From NCBI GenBank assembly GCA_965222615.1, contig CBDCUI010000009.1, forward strand, positions 800,001 to 864,000: 64,000 bases of DNA, in the 5' to 3' direction. The position numbers and the translations under genes are program-made. Under the pieces are notes generated by a model, which was not told the DNA's origin, made no database searches, and saw nothing but the letters and a program-made list of their open reading frames with translations. Every line of letters starts with the position of its first letter. The first letter of the stretch is position 1. The DNA is from Gammaproteobacteria bacterium. GTDB taxonomy: Bacteria > Pseudomonadota > Gammaproteobacteria > UBA4575. This document shows positions 52,446-62,974 of this stretch, in pieces.

Positions 52446-53546
52446 TTATACAGGTGTACTGGGGATATCTGGAATTGAGGACTGCACATCAACGTTTTGT
52501 GCGCACTGTCGAAGCACATGATCCATGAGCACAATCGCTAACATGGCTTCAGCTATGGGCACACCGCGAATCCCCACACACGGATCGTGTCGTCCGGTGG
52601 TAACAATTTCAGTTTCATTGCCATGCACATCTACAGTTTTACCTGGAACACGAATACTAGAAGTAGGTTTAAAGGCAACGCTGATTAATAGATCTTGACC
52701 AGAAGAGATCCCACCCAAGGTGCCTCCAGCATTATTGGAAAGAAAGCCTTGCAGAGTAATTTCATCTCGATGTTCACTGCCTTTTTGCGTAACGGAGTTA
52801 AACCCCGCACCAATTTCTACCGCCTTAACAGCATTGATGCTCATCATGGCATGCGCAATATCTGCATCAAGACGATCAAACACAGGTTCACCCAAGCCAA
52901 CTGGCACACTATTTGCGACGACATTGACACGCGCCCCAACTGAATCACCTTGTTTGCGCAATGCATCCATATAGTCTTCAAGTTCAGATACTTTATCTTC
53001 ATCAGGACAAAAAAATGGATTTTGTTCGACCACATTCCAGTCTTGATGCTCAATCTCAACAGGTCCAAGTTGCGCTAAGTAACCACGGATTTCAAGCCCA
53101 AATTTTTCACGTAAGTATTTTTTTGCAATTGCGCCTGCCGCCACACGCATTGCGGTTTCGCGTGCTGATGATCGACCTCCGCCACGATAATCTCTTAATC
53201 CATATTTTTTGTAATAGGTATAATCAGCATGCCCAGGACGAAATTTATCTTTGATGTCTGTGTAATCTTTAGAACGCGCATCTTGATTGTAAATAATAAG
53301 ACCTATTGGACAACCTGTCGTGATGCCTTCGAAAGTACCCGAGAGAATCTCTACTTCATCAGGCTCACGGCGCTGTGTCGTATGGCGTGATTTTCCAGGG
53401 CGCCTACGTTCAAGCTCCATTTGCAAATCCTCATTGGCAAGGGCCAAACCAGGCGGACAACCATCAACAATACAGCCAATGGCCTTGCCGTGACTTTCGC
53501 CAAATGAGCTCAGTGTAAAGATTTTTCCAATTGAGTTACCAGACAT
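52446..53546 (-). CDS. aroC: Chorismate synthase
   Basis: [29 protein letters not shown]. Confidence 0.98.
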   Translation of the reverse strand: MSGNSIGKIFTLSSFGESHGKAIGCIVDGCPPGLALANEDLQMELERRRPGKSRHTTQRREPDEVEILSGTFEGITTGCPIGLIIYNQDARSKDYTDIKDKFRPGHADYTYYKKYGLRDYRGGGRSSARETAMRVAAGAIAKKYLREKFGLEIRGYLAQLGPVEIEHQDWNVVEQNPFFCPDEDKVSELEDYMDALRKQGDSVGARVNVVANSVPVGLGEPVFDRLDADIAHAMMSINAVKAVEIGAGFNSVTQKGSEHRDEITLQGFLSNNAGGTLGGISSGQDLLISVAFKPTSSIRVPGKTVDVHGNETEIVTTGRHDPCVGIRGVPIAEAMLAIVLMDHVLRQCAQNVDVQSSIPDIPSTPV

Positions 53547-53621
53547 GTAGATATTGTAGCATTTTCATGAGCAAGACTATCTATTTTGCTCAATGTACTT
53601 CCAATTTTGCTATGAAATAAT

Positions 53622-54308
53622 ATGTTTATGAACTTCTTATTAGACAATATTAACGCAAAACAATCTGGCCGCACTACATTAATAATTTTGTTTAGTGTTG
53701 CAGCCTTTAGTTTCGGCATGCTTTTCTATTTTTTTGCAAATACAGATAAAAGACTTGCAAATTTAGATAACTTAAAACATGCAACCTCTTTATTAACGAA
53801 CTCACGTGCATTTCCCGACTTTACATTAACCGATCAGAACAATAATAAATTTACAAATAAAAATTTGACCAATACTTGGAGTTTTGTCTTCTTTGGGTTT
53901 ACTCATTGTCCTGATGTTTGCCCATTAACCCTCAGCACTATTGATAAAGTACTAAACAATCTAACTACCAATAATGAGATTTCTGCACAAGGTGTATTTA
54001 TATCTGTAGATCCAAAAAGAGATACCACGGGAGAACTTAATGACTACGTTAAACATTTTAACCAGGATATGATTGGTCTTACTGGCAACGACGAACAATT
54101 AAAAGAACTAACACGAAGTCTCGGCGTGGTATACACAACTCCAAGTGAAAACCAAGAGGGTGATTATTTAATTGACCATAGTGCACATATTTTTTTAATT
54201 GCACCCAATGGTAACCTTGCTGCCATCTTTAGTACGCCACATGAAACAAATACCATAACCGAAGACTTTAACATCTTAAATGCCTATTACACTTTACATG
54301 GAAGTTAG
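53622..54308 (+). CDS. SCO1/SenC family copper chaperone
   Basis: FFGFTHCPDVCP, ISVDPKRDT, DHSA. Confidence 0.93.
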   Translation: MFMNFLLDNINAKQSGRTTLIILFSVAAFSFGMLFYFFANTDKRLANLDNLKHATSLLTNSRAFPDFTLTDQNNNKFTNKNLTNTWSFVFFGFTHCPDVCPLTLSTIDKVLNNLTTNNEISAQGVFISVDPKRDTTGELNDYVKHFNQDMIGLTGNDEQLKELTRSLGVVYTTPSENQEGDYLIDHSAHIFLIAPNGNLAAIFSTPHETNTITEDFNILNAYYTLHGS

Positions 54309-54311
54309 CTA

Positions 54312-55163
54312 TTGAATATTTGGAAACAGGTAAAGGGATTATTATTTCATTTATTTCCTCACCATCTTGTATCTCGCATTACTTTTTGGTTGACGAGATT
54401 AAAGACGCCTTTAAAAAATCCTGCGATTCGATGTTTTATTCACATCTTTGATGTAGATATGAGCGAAGCCATTCATCAAGACCCCCAAGCTTATGCTTCC
54501 TTTAATGAGTTTTTCACACGCAAATTGGTTGATGGAGCACGCCCGATTGCACTTGAGTTCAATTCAATTGCTTGTCCAGCAGATGGGAGAATTAGTCAAA
54601 TTACCAGTTATGAAAATGATCGCGTGGTACAAGCAAAGGGACAATATTTCTCGATGCAACAATTATTAGGCGGCGTTTTAGAATACGGATCATTATGTGA
54701 TAGCGGAAATTTTGTAACAGTTTACTTATCACCCAAAAATTATCATCGTGTACACATGCCTTATGATGGCATTTTAAAAGAGATGATTTATATTCCGGGT
54801 CGTTTATTCAGTGTTGCTCCGTATTCGGCAGAAGTAATCAAAGACTTATATAGTCGCAATGAAAGAGTCGCCTCTATTTTTGAAACCGATAGAGGATATA
54901 TGGCGGTTGTCATGGTAGGTGCCGTAAATGTATCTGCAATAGAAATAGCTTGGGAAGGTTTAGTCACTCCTTCTTCTGGAAAAACTATACAGAGAAAAAA
55001 ATATCATGACATAAAACTCAAGAAAGGCGAGGAACTTGGTATTTTTAACATGGGATCCACCGCTATCGTTGCTTTTGAATCAAACATAATTGAATGGCAC
55101 AAAAACTTAAAATTACAACAAGATGTTCAAGTTGGACAATCGTTAGGACAATTTGTCGATTAA
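54312..55163 (+). CDS. psd: Phosphatidylserine decarboxylase proenzyme
   Basis: FNEFFTRKL, PADG, YLSPKNYHRVHMP, RNER, FNMGST self-cleavage motif. Confidence 0.94.
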   Translation: MNIWKQVKGLLFHLFPHHLVSRITFWLTRLKTPLKNPAIRCFIHIFDVDMSEAIHQDPQAYASFNEFFTRKLVDGARPIALEFNSIACPADGRISQITSYENDRVVQAKGQYFSMQQLLGGVLEYGSLCDSGNFVTVYLSPKNYHRVHMPYDGILKEMIYIPGRLFSVAPYSAEVIKDLYSRNERVASIFETDRGYMAVVMVGAVNVSAIEIAWEGLVTPSSGKTIQRKKYHDIKLKKGEELGIFNMGSTAIVAFESNIIEWHKNLKLQQDVQVGQSLGQFVD

Positions 55164-56122
55164 TAATTCGGAAATACTAATACTTCTTGAATAGTATCTA
55201 CTCCCAGTAAAGGCATTAATAGACGATCGACTCCCAGAGCAACACCTGCACAATCTGGTAATCCTGCTTGTAATGCATCAATAAACTTCATGTCGATGTC
55301 AACTTGTTTTTTATTGTTTTGCTTACGTTTGATGTTGTCTGATTTAAACCGCTCGAATTGTTCATCTGCATCCGTAAGTTCTTGGAAGCCGTTTGCAAGC
55401 TCGATTGTTCCAAAATATAACTCAAAACGTTCGGCTACACCGTGCTGGTTAATTTTAGCAAGGGCAGCTTGTTGCTTTGGGAAATCGTATATAAAAGTTA
55501 ATTGGTTTTTTGGCAACTGCGGTGCAATCACTTGATCGAGTAATAACTCTTGATAACCCTGCGTAGATAATTTTTCAGTTAAAGAAATATTTGCTTGTTG
55601 ACAAGCATGAATATATTCAGCTTGGCTTGCTTGCCATGGATCAATTTCACAATATTTAATAAAGGTATCTTGATAAGTTATAAATTCTGTTTCAGCAAGC
55701 TTAATTTGATCGTTTAATACAAACTTTATTAACTCATCTACCTCATGCATTAGTTTTTTGTAATCACAGCCCATGCGATACCACTCGAGCATGGTAAACT
55801 CAAAATGGTGATATCTTCCAATCTCACCAGCTCTAAATACCTTACAGAGTTGATAAATATCGCGCTTGAAAAAGGCCAGCATCCTTTTCATAGCATATTC
55901 GGGTGAAGTATGCAGAAAAAATTCAGAACCAATATCCTGCACCTTAATAGATTCAATATTGAGATCTGACACTGCGAAAGACTGAATTATGGGGGTTTCA
56001 ATTTCTAGCACATCACGCGCAGCAAAAAAATTTCGAATTTGACAATAAAGCTTCGCACGAACTTCTAAACCATATTCTGAGCTGATAGGTTCCCAATCAG
56101 TACTGTTAGTTACATTGCACAA
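55160..56122 (-). CDS. epmA: EF-P beta-lysine ligase EpmA
   Basis: LHTSPEYAMKR, FRAGE..RYHHFEFTMLEWY, ELANGFQELTD, GVALGVDRL; next to efp. Confidence 0.94.
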   Translation of the reverse strand: MCNVTNSTDWEPISSEYGLEVRAKLYCQIRNFFAARDVLEIETPIIQSFAVSDLNIESIKVQDIGSEFFLHTSPEYAMKRMLAFFKRDIYQLCKVFRAGEIGRYHHFEFTMLEWYRMGCDYKKLMHEVDELIKFVLNDQIKLAETEFITYQDTFIKYCEIDPWQASQAEYIHACQQANISLTEKLSTQGYQELLLDQVIAPQLPKNQLTFIYDFPKQQAALAKINQHGVAERFELYFGTIELANGFQELTDADEQFERFKSDNIKRKQNNKKQVDIDMKFIDALQAGLPDCAGVALGVDRLLMPLLGVDTIQEVLVFPNY

Positions 56123-56279
56123 ATTAAAGTGACTTTGTTCGGCGATTGGTCTAAATATAAAAATTACAAATCTGTACTAGCGAAAAACACAAGAACGCCC
56201 TGAATTTATTAGTGCTACAATTGAGACATCTTTAACGACCTAAGAAAATTAAACCGGTCTGAATAAATTCAGAGTTTCG

Positions 56280-56849
56280 CTACTCTTTCACACGTGAGAC
56301 ATATTCTGCCGTACGTGTATCAATTCGCAATATTTCACCTTCTTCAATAAATAACGGTACTTTTACAACAGCACCAGTTTCTAATGTGGCCGGTTTTGTG
56401 CCTCCACTTGCAGTATCACCACGCACACCGGGATCAGTTTGAGTAATTTTTAATTCAACAAAGTTTGGAGCCGTTACACTGAGTGGATCACCATTTAACA
56501 AGGTTACGTTACAAGTTTCCTGCCCTTTCAACCATTGCGCTGCATCACCTACAGCGGCCTTGTTGGCTGCATACTGCTCATAAGAGTTTGGTTCCATAAA
56601 ATGCCACTGTTCCCCGTCGTTATACAGGTATTGCATGTCAATATCGATCACATCAGCACCCTCAACCGTTTCGCCTGACTTAAAGGTTCGATCCACAACT
56701 CGTCCAGTTTTGAGGTTACGTAACTTGACGCGATTGAATGCCTGGCCTTTACCTGGTTTAACAAATTCATTTTCAATGATGGTATATGGGTCACCATCTA
56801 AATTAAGCTTTAAGCCTGCACGAAATTCGTTAGTATTGTAGCTAGTCAT
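56280..56849 (-). CDS. efp: Elongation factor P
   Basis: VKPGKGQAF (Lys34), [15 protein letters not shown]. Confidence 0.98.
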   Translation of the reverse strand: MTSYNTNEFRAGLKLNLDGDPYTIIENEFVKPGKGQAFNRVKLRNLKTGRVVDRTFKSGETVEGADVIDIDMQYLYNDGEQWHFMEPNSYEQYAANKAAVGDAAQWLKGQETCNVTLLNGDPLSVTAPNFVELKITQTDPGVRGDTASGGTKPATLETGAVVKVPLFIEEGEILRIDTRTAEYVSRVKE

Positions 56850-56879
56850 AATCAGTTTTAGTAAAGAAGTATCAGATCA

Positions 56880-57899
56880 ATGAACCATTACAGTCTAGCA
56901 CGAGAATATGCAAGCCCAGAAATAAATTGGCAACAACAATATAAAGAATCAATAACGAATATTGATACATTATGCAAAGAACTTGATTTACAAACTAGCC
57001 AACTTCCTTTTAGCTTATCTGCCAACCAACAATTTCGTTTACGTGTACCTAGAAGCTATGTACGACGCATGCAAAAATCAAATCCATTTGATCCACTACT
57101 TTTACAGGTTTTACCGCATATTTACGAAGAAAATATAGCTATGGAATATTCCTTGGATCCAGTTGGGGATCTACAAAACATTAAAAGCCCCGGTTTAATA
57201 AAAAAATATCATGGACGCGCTTTACTTCTTACTACGAGTTGCTGTGCAATTCATTGTCGCTATTGTTTTCGTAGACATTTCCCTTATACATCACATAATC
57301 CACAAAAAGATGCCTGGTCTATTGCTATTAAAAAAATAGCCAGTGATTTAAGTATCAAAGAGGTCATCCTTAGTGGTGGTGATCCATTAGTTTTATCTGA
57401 AAGTAAATTAGAAAAAATTATTCGACAATTAGAATCTATTAAACATGTAGAACGGCTACGCATACATACTCGGCTACCAGCAACAATCCCTGATCGTATC
57501 AACAGCGAACTTATTCAGCTAATAAACAATACAAAATTACAAGTAGTAATCGTTTTGCATATAAATCATTTTCAAGAATTAGATCATCAGCTGCAAGACA
57601 AACTTCGACAGCTTTCTGCTTCTAAATGTACTTTGCTAAACCAAAGTGTTTTGCTTAGAGGTATTAATGATAATGTAGATGTATTAACAAAATTAAGCGA
57701 GGCATTATTTAAAGCCAATGTTTTACCCTATTACTTGCATATTTTAGACAAGGTACAAGGAGCCACACATTTTGAAGTATCCGAATCTAAAGCATGTGAA
57801 ATAATGAAAGAACTTACAAAAAAACTACCCGGATATTTAGTCCCGAAGCTTGCAAAAGAAGAAGCAGGTAAGCCTGCCAAAACATTAGTTACGTATTGA
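56880..57899 (+). CDS. epmB: EF-P beta-lysylation lysine 2,3-aminomutase EpmB
   Basis: CAIHCRYCFRRHFPY, ILSGGDPL, NQSVLLRGIND, GYLVPKL; divergent from efp. Confidence 0.95.
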   Translation: MNHYSLAREYASPEINWQQQYKESITNIDTLCKELDLQTSQLPFSLSANQQFRLRVPRSYVRRMQKSNPFDPLLLQVLPHIYEENIAMEYSLDPVGDLQNIKSPGLIKKYHGRALLLTTSCCAIHCRYCFRRHFPYTSHNPQKDAWSIAIKKIASDLSIKEVILSGGDPLVLSESKLEKIIRQLESIKHVERLRIHTRLPATIPDRINSELIQLINNTKLQVVIVLHINHFQELDHQLQDKLRQLSASKCTLLNQSVLLRGINDNVDVLTKLSEALFKANVLPYYLHILDKVQGATHFEVSESKACEIMKELTKKLPGYLVPKLAKEEAGKPAKTLVTY

Positions 57900-58112
57900 A
57901 TTTCTTATCAATTTATTCACTTTTTGGTTGCTAAAAAGTGCCAACATCATCACACAATTTGGTAAAAATTTTCACCAGCATATTTATTCCAGACAAAATC
58001 ACATGAATGGTCGACAAATCGCGGCATAATGGCAACCGTACAACTATTCTAATCTATACACTAGAGAATCTAGTGGATAGCGTTTTTTAAATCATTGTTT
58101 TCGTAAGGGATT

Positions 58113-59873
58113 ATGCTTCTAAACACACAAATAACCATGCCTAACCAAGACCCAATGGCCGGACAAGAATTTTCATTAGCACCTCGCAATGTACGCAAAT
58201 GGATAAAAGCTCTTCCCTACATTGACCAAAACGTTGCAGCACAACAATTTTATGATGGGCTTAGACGTTCTAATCGACAAGCTCACCCAACTAAGCAGCG
58301 ACTTGCTGCAATAGAATTAATGCGTCCTGTAGCACGCGAATTTCTCAAAGAGCAACGTAAGTATCTTATATCGCAACCATTCCCGCTTTCTAAAAAAGCT
58401 GCTGAAGTTCTTAAACTTCAACAAAACATCATCAGTGAACTTGCCGTTGCTTATAAAATTATTATTCAAGAAACCGCAAATCGAGACATACAACTAAGCC
58501 CTAAAAAGCTTATCGTGTGCATCCATCATGCAATGCGTTATATGCTGGAACAATATATAACCCTTGCGCTAGTCTATTCCGAGCCACCCCAAGGATTTTG
58601 GCAAGATTACTGCCAGCTATATAAAATGGCTGAGCTTATTGATTTAAGTCACCACCCTGTAAAAAATGAATCTCACTTAGATAATGCTAAGTCAACTGTT
58701 AACTGTTTATTTAAAAACACCTGCCTATTGTCTTTAGCAAATCTACATACTTTTGGCCATGGAGAAGCCGAAAAAATTGCTGCCTTCCTTGAATCAACAC
58801 ATCATTTAACAAATTTTTCGGAAACAAAATATGAAAATATTAATAATGAAGTACATTTCATAAATTTAGCACTAAATAAACCTCCAAGGCTATTAACGGT
58901 TGAGGATATACCTATTTCTTCTGAAAATCGTTATTTGGAAGCAAAAAGCTTGATTTCCGAATTAGAAAAAATTATAGCCAATAATAACAACAGTACTGAA
59001 ACAATTTTATCAAATTCTAGACTAAATACATCACTTGCAAAAAGATTATTAAATAAACTTACCAGCAAGCCTAAAAGAGCAAATAAAAGAGCTATTTCAT
59101 CGAAAGAACGATTAAGCGTAGTGCATGGGTTACGTGAAACAATCAACACACTTTTAAACAATGATGCTGATGAAACTGAAACAAAACCTATTCCAACAAC
59201 AAATGATTTAGATTTGTTGCCATTAGAACATGATCAAATGCATATATCAAAGCAGAGAAACTCACTGTTTACTGATAATATTGAGACAGATAAAGGTGCC
59301 GACGCATGGGATTGGGTTGGACGAGGCAATATAATAACGGGCTCGCATATAGATGCTACACATAAGCCCCAAGAAAAAAATAAGACCAATCCTGTAAAAA
59401 TCAAACCTTTTATTCAATCGTGGGAGATCAGTAACGCGAGTAACGGTGGTTATTGCTTAAAGTCTGAAAACACATCAGATTACCACTCTCAGGTTGGTGA
59501 TATTATTTTATTACGTAGAGAAAACTACCCAAATGAACCATGGCGCATTGGTATTGTACGATGGATGCAATCCCTATCTGAACGCGGGGTTAAGATTGGA
59601 ATTGAAACTTTGCACGGGCATATACAGCTCGCTAGAGTTGTCGATGCGCACTTCTCATCAAACAAATTTAAGGGCCTTGATCATATTCTGTATTTTACTG
59701 AGGAATCTGTTATAGAAAATGCAGAAAGTTTAATCGCGCCACCAAACTCAATAAAAACGGATGAGAGTTTAGAAATACAAATTGGTGGGAACAAACAAAC
59801 CGTTGCAATTAAGAACATAATCGAGCGAACCATATCCTTTGTTAGATTTACCTTTTTCATTCAGCAGCCTTGA
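58113..59873 (+). CDS. FimW-like cytoplasmic protein (putative c-di-GMP receptor, C-terminal PilZ-like barrel)
   Basis: WIKALP..., NASNGGYCL, WRIGIVRW, GIETL; immediately upstream of a fimX-like gene and near psd, as in Pseudomonas. Confidence 0.65.
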   Translation: MLLNTQITMPNQDPMAGQEFSLAPRNVRKWIKALPYIDQNVAAQQFYDGLRRSNRQAHPTKQRLAAIELMRPVAREFLKEQRKYLISQPFPLSKKAAEVLKLQQNIISELAVAYKIIIQETANRDIQLSPKKLIVCIHHAMRYMLEQYITLALVYSEPPQGFWQDYCQLYKMAELIDLSHHPVKNESHLDNAKSTVNCLFKNTCLLSLANLHTFGHGEAEKIAAFLESTHHLTNFSETKYENINNEVHFINLALNKPPRLLTVEDIPISSENRYLEAKSLISELEKIIANNNNSTETILSNSRLNTSLAKRLLNKLTSKPKRANKRAISSKERLSVVHGLRETINTLLNNDADETETKPIPTTNDLDLLPLEHDQMHISKQRNSLFTDNIETDKGADAWDWVGRGNIITGSHIDATHKPQEKNKTNPVKIKPFIQSWEISNASNGGYCLKSENTSDYHSQVGDIILLRRENYPNEPWRIGIVRWMQSLSERGVKIGIETLHGHIQLARVVDAHFSSNKFKGLDHILYFTEESVIENAESLIAPPNSIKTDESLEIQIGGNKQTVAIKNIIERTISFVRFTFFIQQP

Positions 59874-60028
59874 ATCCCCAAGCACATCATCTACTACCTT
59901 TCAGCCGTCGGATCAGTTTGATATTTGAGCAATTTGTCACTCGAAGCCCCGTAGCTGATACCGTTCAAGAGTATAAATATGGGCATCGTCGTCTGCCTGT
60001 TGCATAAGCCATCACCATTGAGAAAATA

Positions 60029-62149
60029 GTGGCTGACGTCAAAAAATCTCATAAAGTACAGAATATACTAGGAATTATGAATCAGCCGCTGCAACTCTTA
60101 TTTGTTAGCAGCAGCCCTAATGATGTTGAAGAGATGGTCACCACCATCAAGACATCAGGAGTGGCTGTACGTTCGCATATTGCCCAAGATGCAGAAGACC
60201 TTACCAAACTTTTAAATGAGACTCAGCCTCATATCGTGTTCCACACTATAGAGTCTGAAGAGCTGACACTAGAACAAACTGTATCCACCATTAACGGTCG
60301 CGCGCCTGAAATACCAATTATAGCGGTAACCAACTCCCCACAAACAGACCCTGTTCCCTGCATGATGCAAGGTGCTGCCAACTTAGTAAATAAAAATAAT
60401 GCAGAACATTTAAAGCTAGTAGTAAATAATACGGCAAAAACACAACTTCATATCCAACAGTTAAAAAACACTGCTGCAATTTGTGAAGAGTTAGAAACTC
60501 GTTGCCAAATGCTGATGGAAAGTTCTCGTGATGCGATTTGCTATATTCATGAAGGCATGCACACCTATGCAAATCAAAAATATTTAGAACTTTTTGATTT
60601 TTCTAACACAGATGAACTGTACGGGTTATCTATTATGGATTTAGTATCTGCAGATGACCAAGCACAGATGAAAGATATACTCAAGAGCGTTGCCAAAACA
60701 AAGCAAGGGGGAGAACTAAACCTTAACTTTAAAAAAAATGATGATGAAACTTTTCCGGCAAAATTTAACTATAGCGCGGTAACGGTCGCGGGTGAAGAAT
60801 GTACTCAAATTATTATTCAAAATTCTGAAGGTGGAGACACTAAAGAACTAGAAGAACAATTAAGTTATTTAAGTGAACGTGATATCCATACCGGTTTTTA
60901 TCATCGACGTTCTATTCTAGACCAACTGGAGTTAGCAGTAAGTGAGGCAAAAGAAGGCAAACCCACACAAGCCTTTATTCAAATTGATATCGCCAACTTT
61001 ACCGAAATCAAAGATAAATTCGGCTTGGCTGCGATTGATAAGGTAAGTTCAAATGTGGCTAATACCTTACGTAAATGCTGCACTAAAGGAGAAAACCTTT
61101 CAAAACTCACTGAGGAATCTTTTGGTATTTTAACTAGTAACTGCGATGTAGACGCTTTACAGGCTTTTGGTGCGGATGTGATTAAGAGTCTGAGCGATTT
61201 AATGACCACATCAGGCAGTGATTATGTATCGATAAAACCTGCCGTTGGAGCAGTAATCATCGATCAGTTTGCTAGCGATTTAACTGATATTCTCGATAAA
61301 GCCAAAACCTGTTGCGACGAGGCCTGGGAGAAAGAATCCAATGCTTTAGTGTTGTATATGCCTGATGATGAGCAAATGGGAGAGCGCGAAAAAGATGAAC
61401 GCTGGACCATACAATTACGCGAAGCCATTAAGGAAAATCGACTTGCACTACTCTATCAACCTATTATCAGCTTACAAGGAGAGCCTGGCGAAAGATACCA
61501 AATTTACACCGCACTCCGTAATGACAAAAATCAATTAGTCCCTGCAAGTGAATTTGTAATGCGTATTGAACGTACCGGCTACGGTAAAATGCTAGATCGT
61601 TGGATCATTCTCAATGCATTCAAAAAATTAGCAGAGCGACGCAATAAAGGCGCAGATATGCGTTTATTTATCAAACTAAGTTCAAACTCAATATTGGACA
61701 AAGACATCATTACCTGGTTACAAGAACAACTCAATAATAATGGAATATCCCCTGGGTTTGTCTGTTTTGAAATTAAAGAGCATGTACTGATCTCACATTT
61801 TAAAGAATCTAAAAATCTTGTCACAGGATTAAAAGGAATCAAATGCGAATTCGCGATCGATGCATTTGGAACGGGCGATGACCCAACAAAGATACTAAAG
61901 GCTATTCCAGCTGATTATGTGAAAATATGTAAAAGTCTAATGTCTGGAATTAGCGAAAATCAAGAGAATCAAGAGGCAATTCGTGAAATTGCAGGTGCAT
62001 TGAAGCCAATGGGTACAAAAGTAGTTTCTCAGTTTGTTGAAGATGCCGATACATTATCCACTTTGTGGAGTTTAGGAATTAATTTCACTCAAGGCAATTT
62101 CTTGCAACCACCTACTGAAGAGCCAAACTACGACTTTTCTTCAATGTAA
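60029..62149 (+). CDS. FimX-like REC-PAS-GGDEF-EAL protein with degenerate catalytic motifs
   Basis: SSRDAICYIHEGMH.YAN PAS; GGDEF site reads LTEESFG; EAL site reads YQIYTAL; start may be ATG 60077. Confidence 0.82.
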   Translation: MADVKKSHKVQNILGIMNQPLQLLFVSSSPNDVEEMVTTIKTSGVAVRSHIAQDAEDLTKLLNETQPHIVFHTIESEELTLEQTVSTINGRAPEIPIIAVTNSPQTDPVPCMMQGAANLVNKNNAEHLKLVVNNTAKTQLHIQQLKNTAAICEELETRCQMLMESSRDAICYIHEGMHTYANQKYLELFDFSNTDELYGLSIMDLVSADDQAQMKDILKSVAKTKQGGELNLNFKKNDDETFPAKFNYSAVTVAGEECTQIIIQNSEGGDTKELEEQLSYLSERDIHTGFYHRRSILDQLELAVSEAKEGKPTQAFIQIDIANFTEIKDKFGLAAIDKVSSNVANTLRKCCTKGENLSKLTEESFGILTSNCDVDALQAFGADVIKSLSDLMTTSGSDYVSIKPAVGAVIIDQFASDLTDILDKAKTCCDEAWEKESNALVLYMPDDEQMGEREKDERWTIQLREAIKENRLALLYQPIISLQGEPGERYQIYTALRNDKNQLVPASEFVMRIERTGYGKMLDRWIILNAFKKLAERRNKGADMRLFIKLSSNSILDKDIITWLQEQLNNNGISPGFVCFEIKEHVLISHFKESKNLVTGLKGIKCEFAIDAFGTGDDPTKILKAIPADYVKICKSLMSGISENQENQEAIREIAGALKPMGTKVVSQFVEDADTLSTLWSLGINFTQGNFLQPPTEEPNYDFSSM

Positions 62150-62382
62150 TCGTAACTAGCTTTCCTTACACTACCTTACAATTTGCTCACATTAAACCGT
62201 ACTAGCTAGAATTTAAACTAACAGACAGAGACAGAATAAATCGAAACTAGTCATTGCCAATCAAGTGAAGTCATTTCGTGCTCGTAAGAGATAGCGATAT
62301 ACGGTTTTCGCTCTCTCACCACTACAGTTCTCTTCTTCAACAGGTTCACTCGAGAGCAAGGTGCTTTTGTTATGGCAATAGC

Positions 62383-62433
62383 GAGTACAAGGAAGTGCGA
62401 AAAAGAGTACCATCAGGGACGATGCAACTGATT
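62383..62433. repeat. About 50-bp REP-like repeat copy A
   Basis: gagtacaaggaagtgcgaaaaagagtaccatcagggacgatgcaactgatt. Confidence 0.75.
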
Positions 62434-62515
62434 AGAGTTAGGTGATATTAAAAAAATATCAAACTGCATAACTCAACGTTTACTAAATATTGGTATAAAC
62501 GCTTTGCCTTTTTAC

Positions 62516-62565
62516 AGCACAGGGAAGTGCGAATAAGAGTTCCATCAGGGACGATGCAACTGATT
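62516..62565. repeat. About 50-bp REP-like repeat copy B
   Basis: agcacagggaagtgcgaataagagttccatcagggacgatgcaactgatt. Confidence 0.75.
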
Positions 62566-62670
62566 CATTCTTATCGATGAGTGTTACGACGTGGCAATCC
62601 AGTTAGCAACCTCTGGGAAACTACTTCGCTCTCCCAATACTTCGATTATTTTTTATATCTCCTGCAATGA

Positions 62671-62853
62671 GAGCGAGAGACTTCTTTGTGGCAACAAAGA
62701 AGTCACCAAGAAAATGCAGCCTAATTTCCTTGCCCCTTACGGGGCACACTCGCTACACAGAAAGACATGGCGGACGGCAGGATTCACATCCTGCTCAGCC
62801 TGCCTCAAATGAACCTCCCTGTTCATTTGCCAGCCGTCTTTTCTGTGTGCTCG
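62671..62853 (-). repeat. About 180-bp multi-hairpin repeat element
   Basis: Hairpins gacttctttg/caaagaagtc, tgcccc/ggggca, gcaggat/atcctgc, caaatgaac/gttcatttg, outer acacagaaa/tttctgtgt; homologous to 1-78. Confidence 0.65.
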
Positions 62854-62859
62854 TCAAGT

Positions 62860-62902
62860 GAGCACAGGGATGTGCGAATGAGAGTTGCATCATGGAGGAT
62901 GC
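62860..62902. repeat. REP-like repeat copy C
   Basis: gagcacagggatgtgcgaatgagagttgcatcatggaggatgc. Confidence 0.72.
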
Positions 62903-62974
62903 TTTCCTTAATCTTAGCCTGCTTGTAATCGTGACTAACAGTACTTGGTTGATTAAATCTAAACTCTTAAACAT

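Noticed and set aside
62383-62902. CRISPR array, or c-di-GMP-I riboswitch (gcacaggg...gggacg resemblance)
   Set aside because: Spacing is irregular (133 and about 344 bp), the repeats are degenerate and there are no cas genes; the GCAAA/GNRA/GACGCAAAGC riboswitch core is missing, and the site lies between convergent genes.
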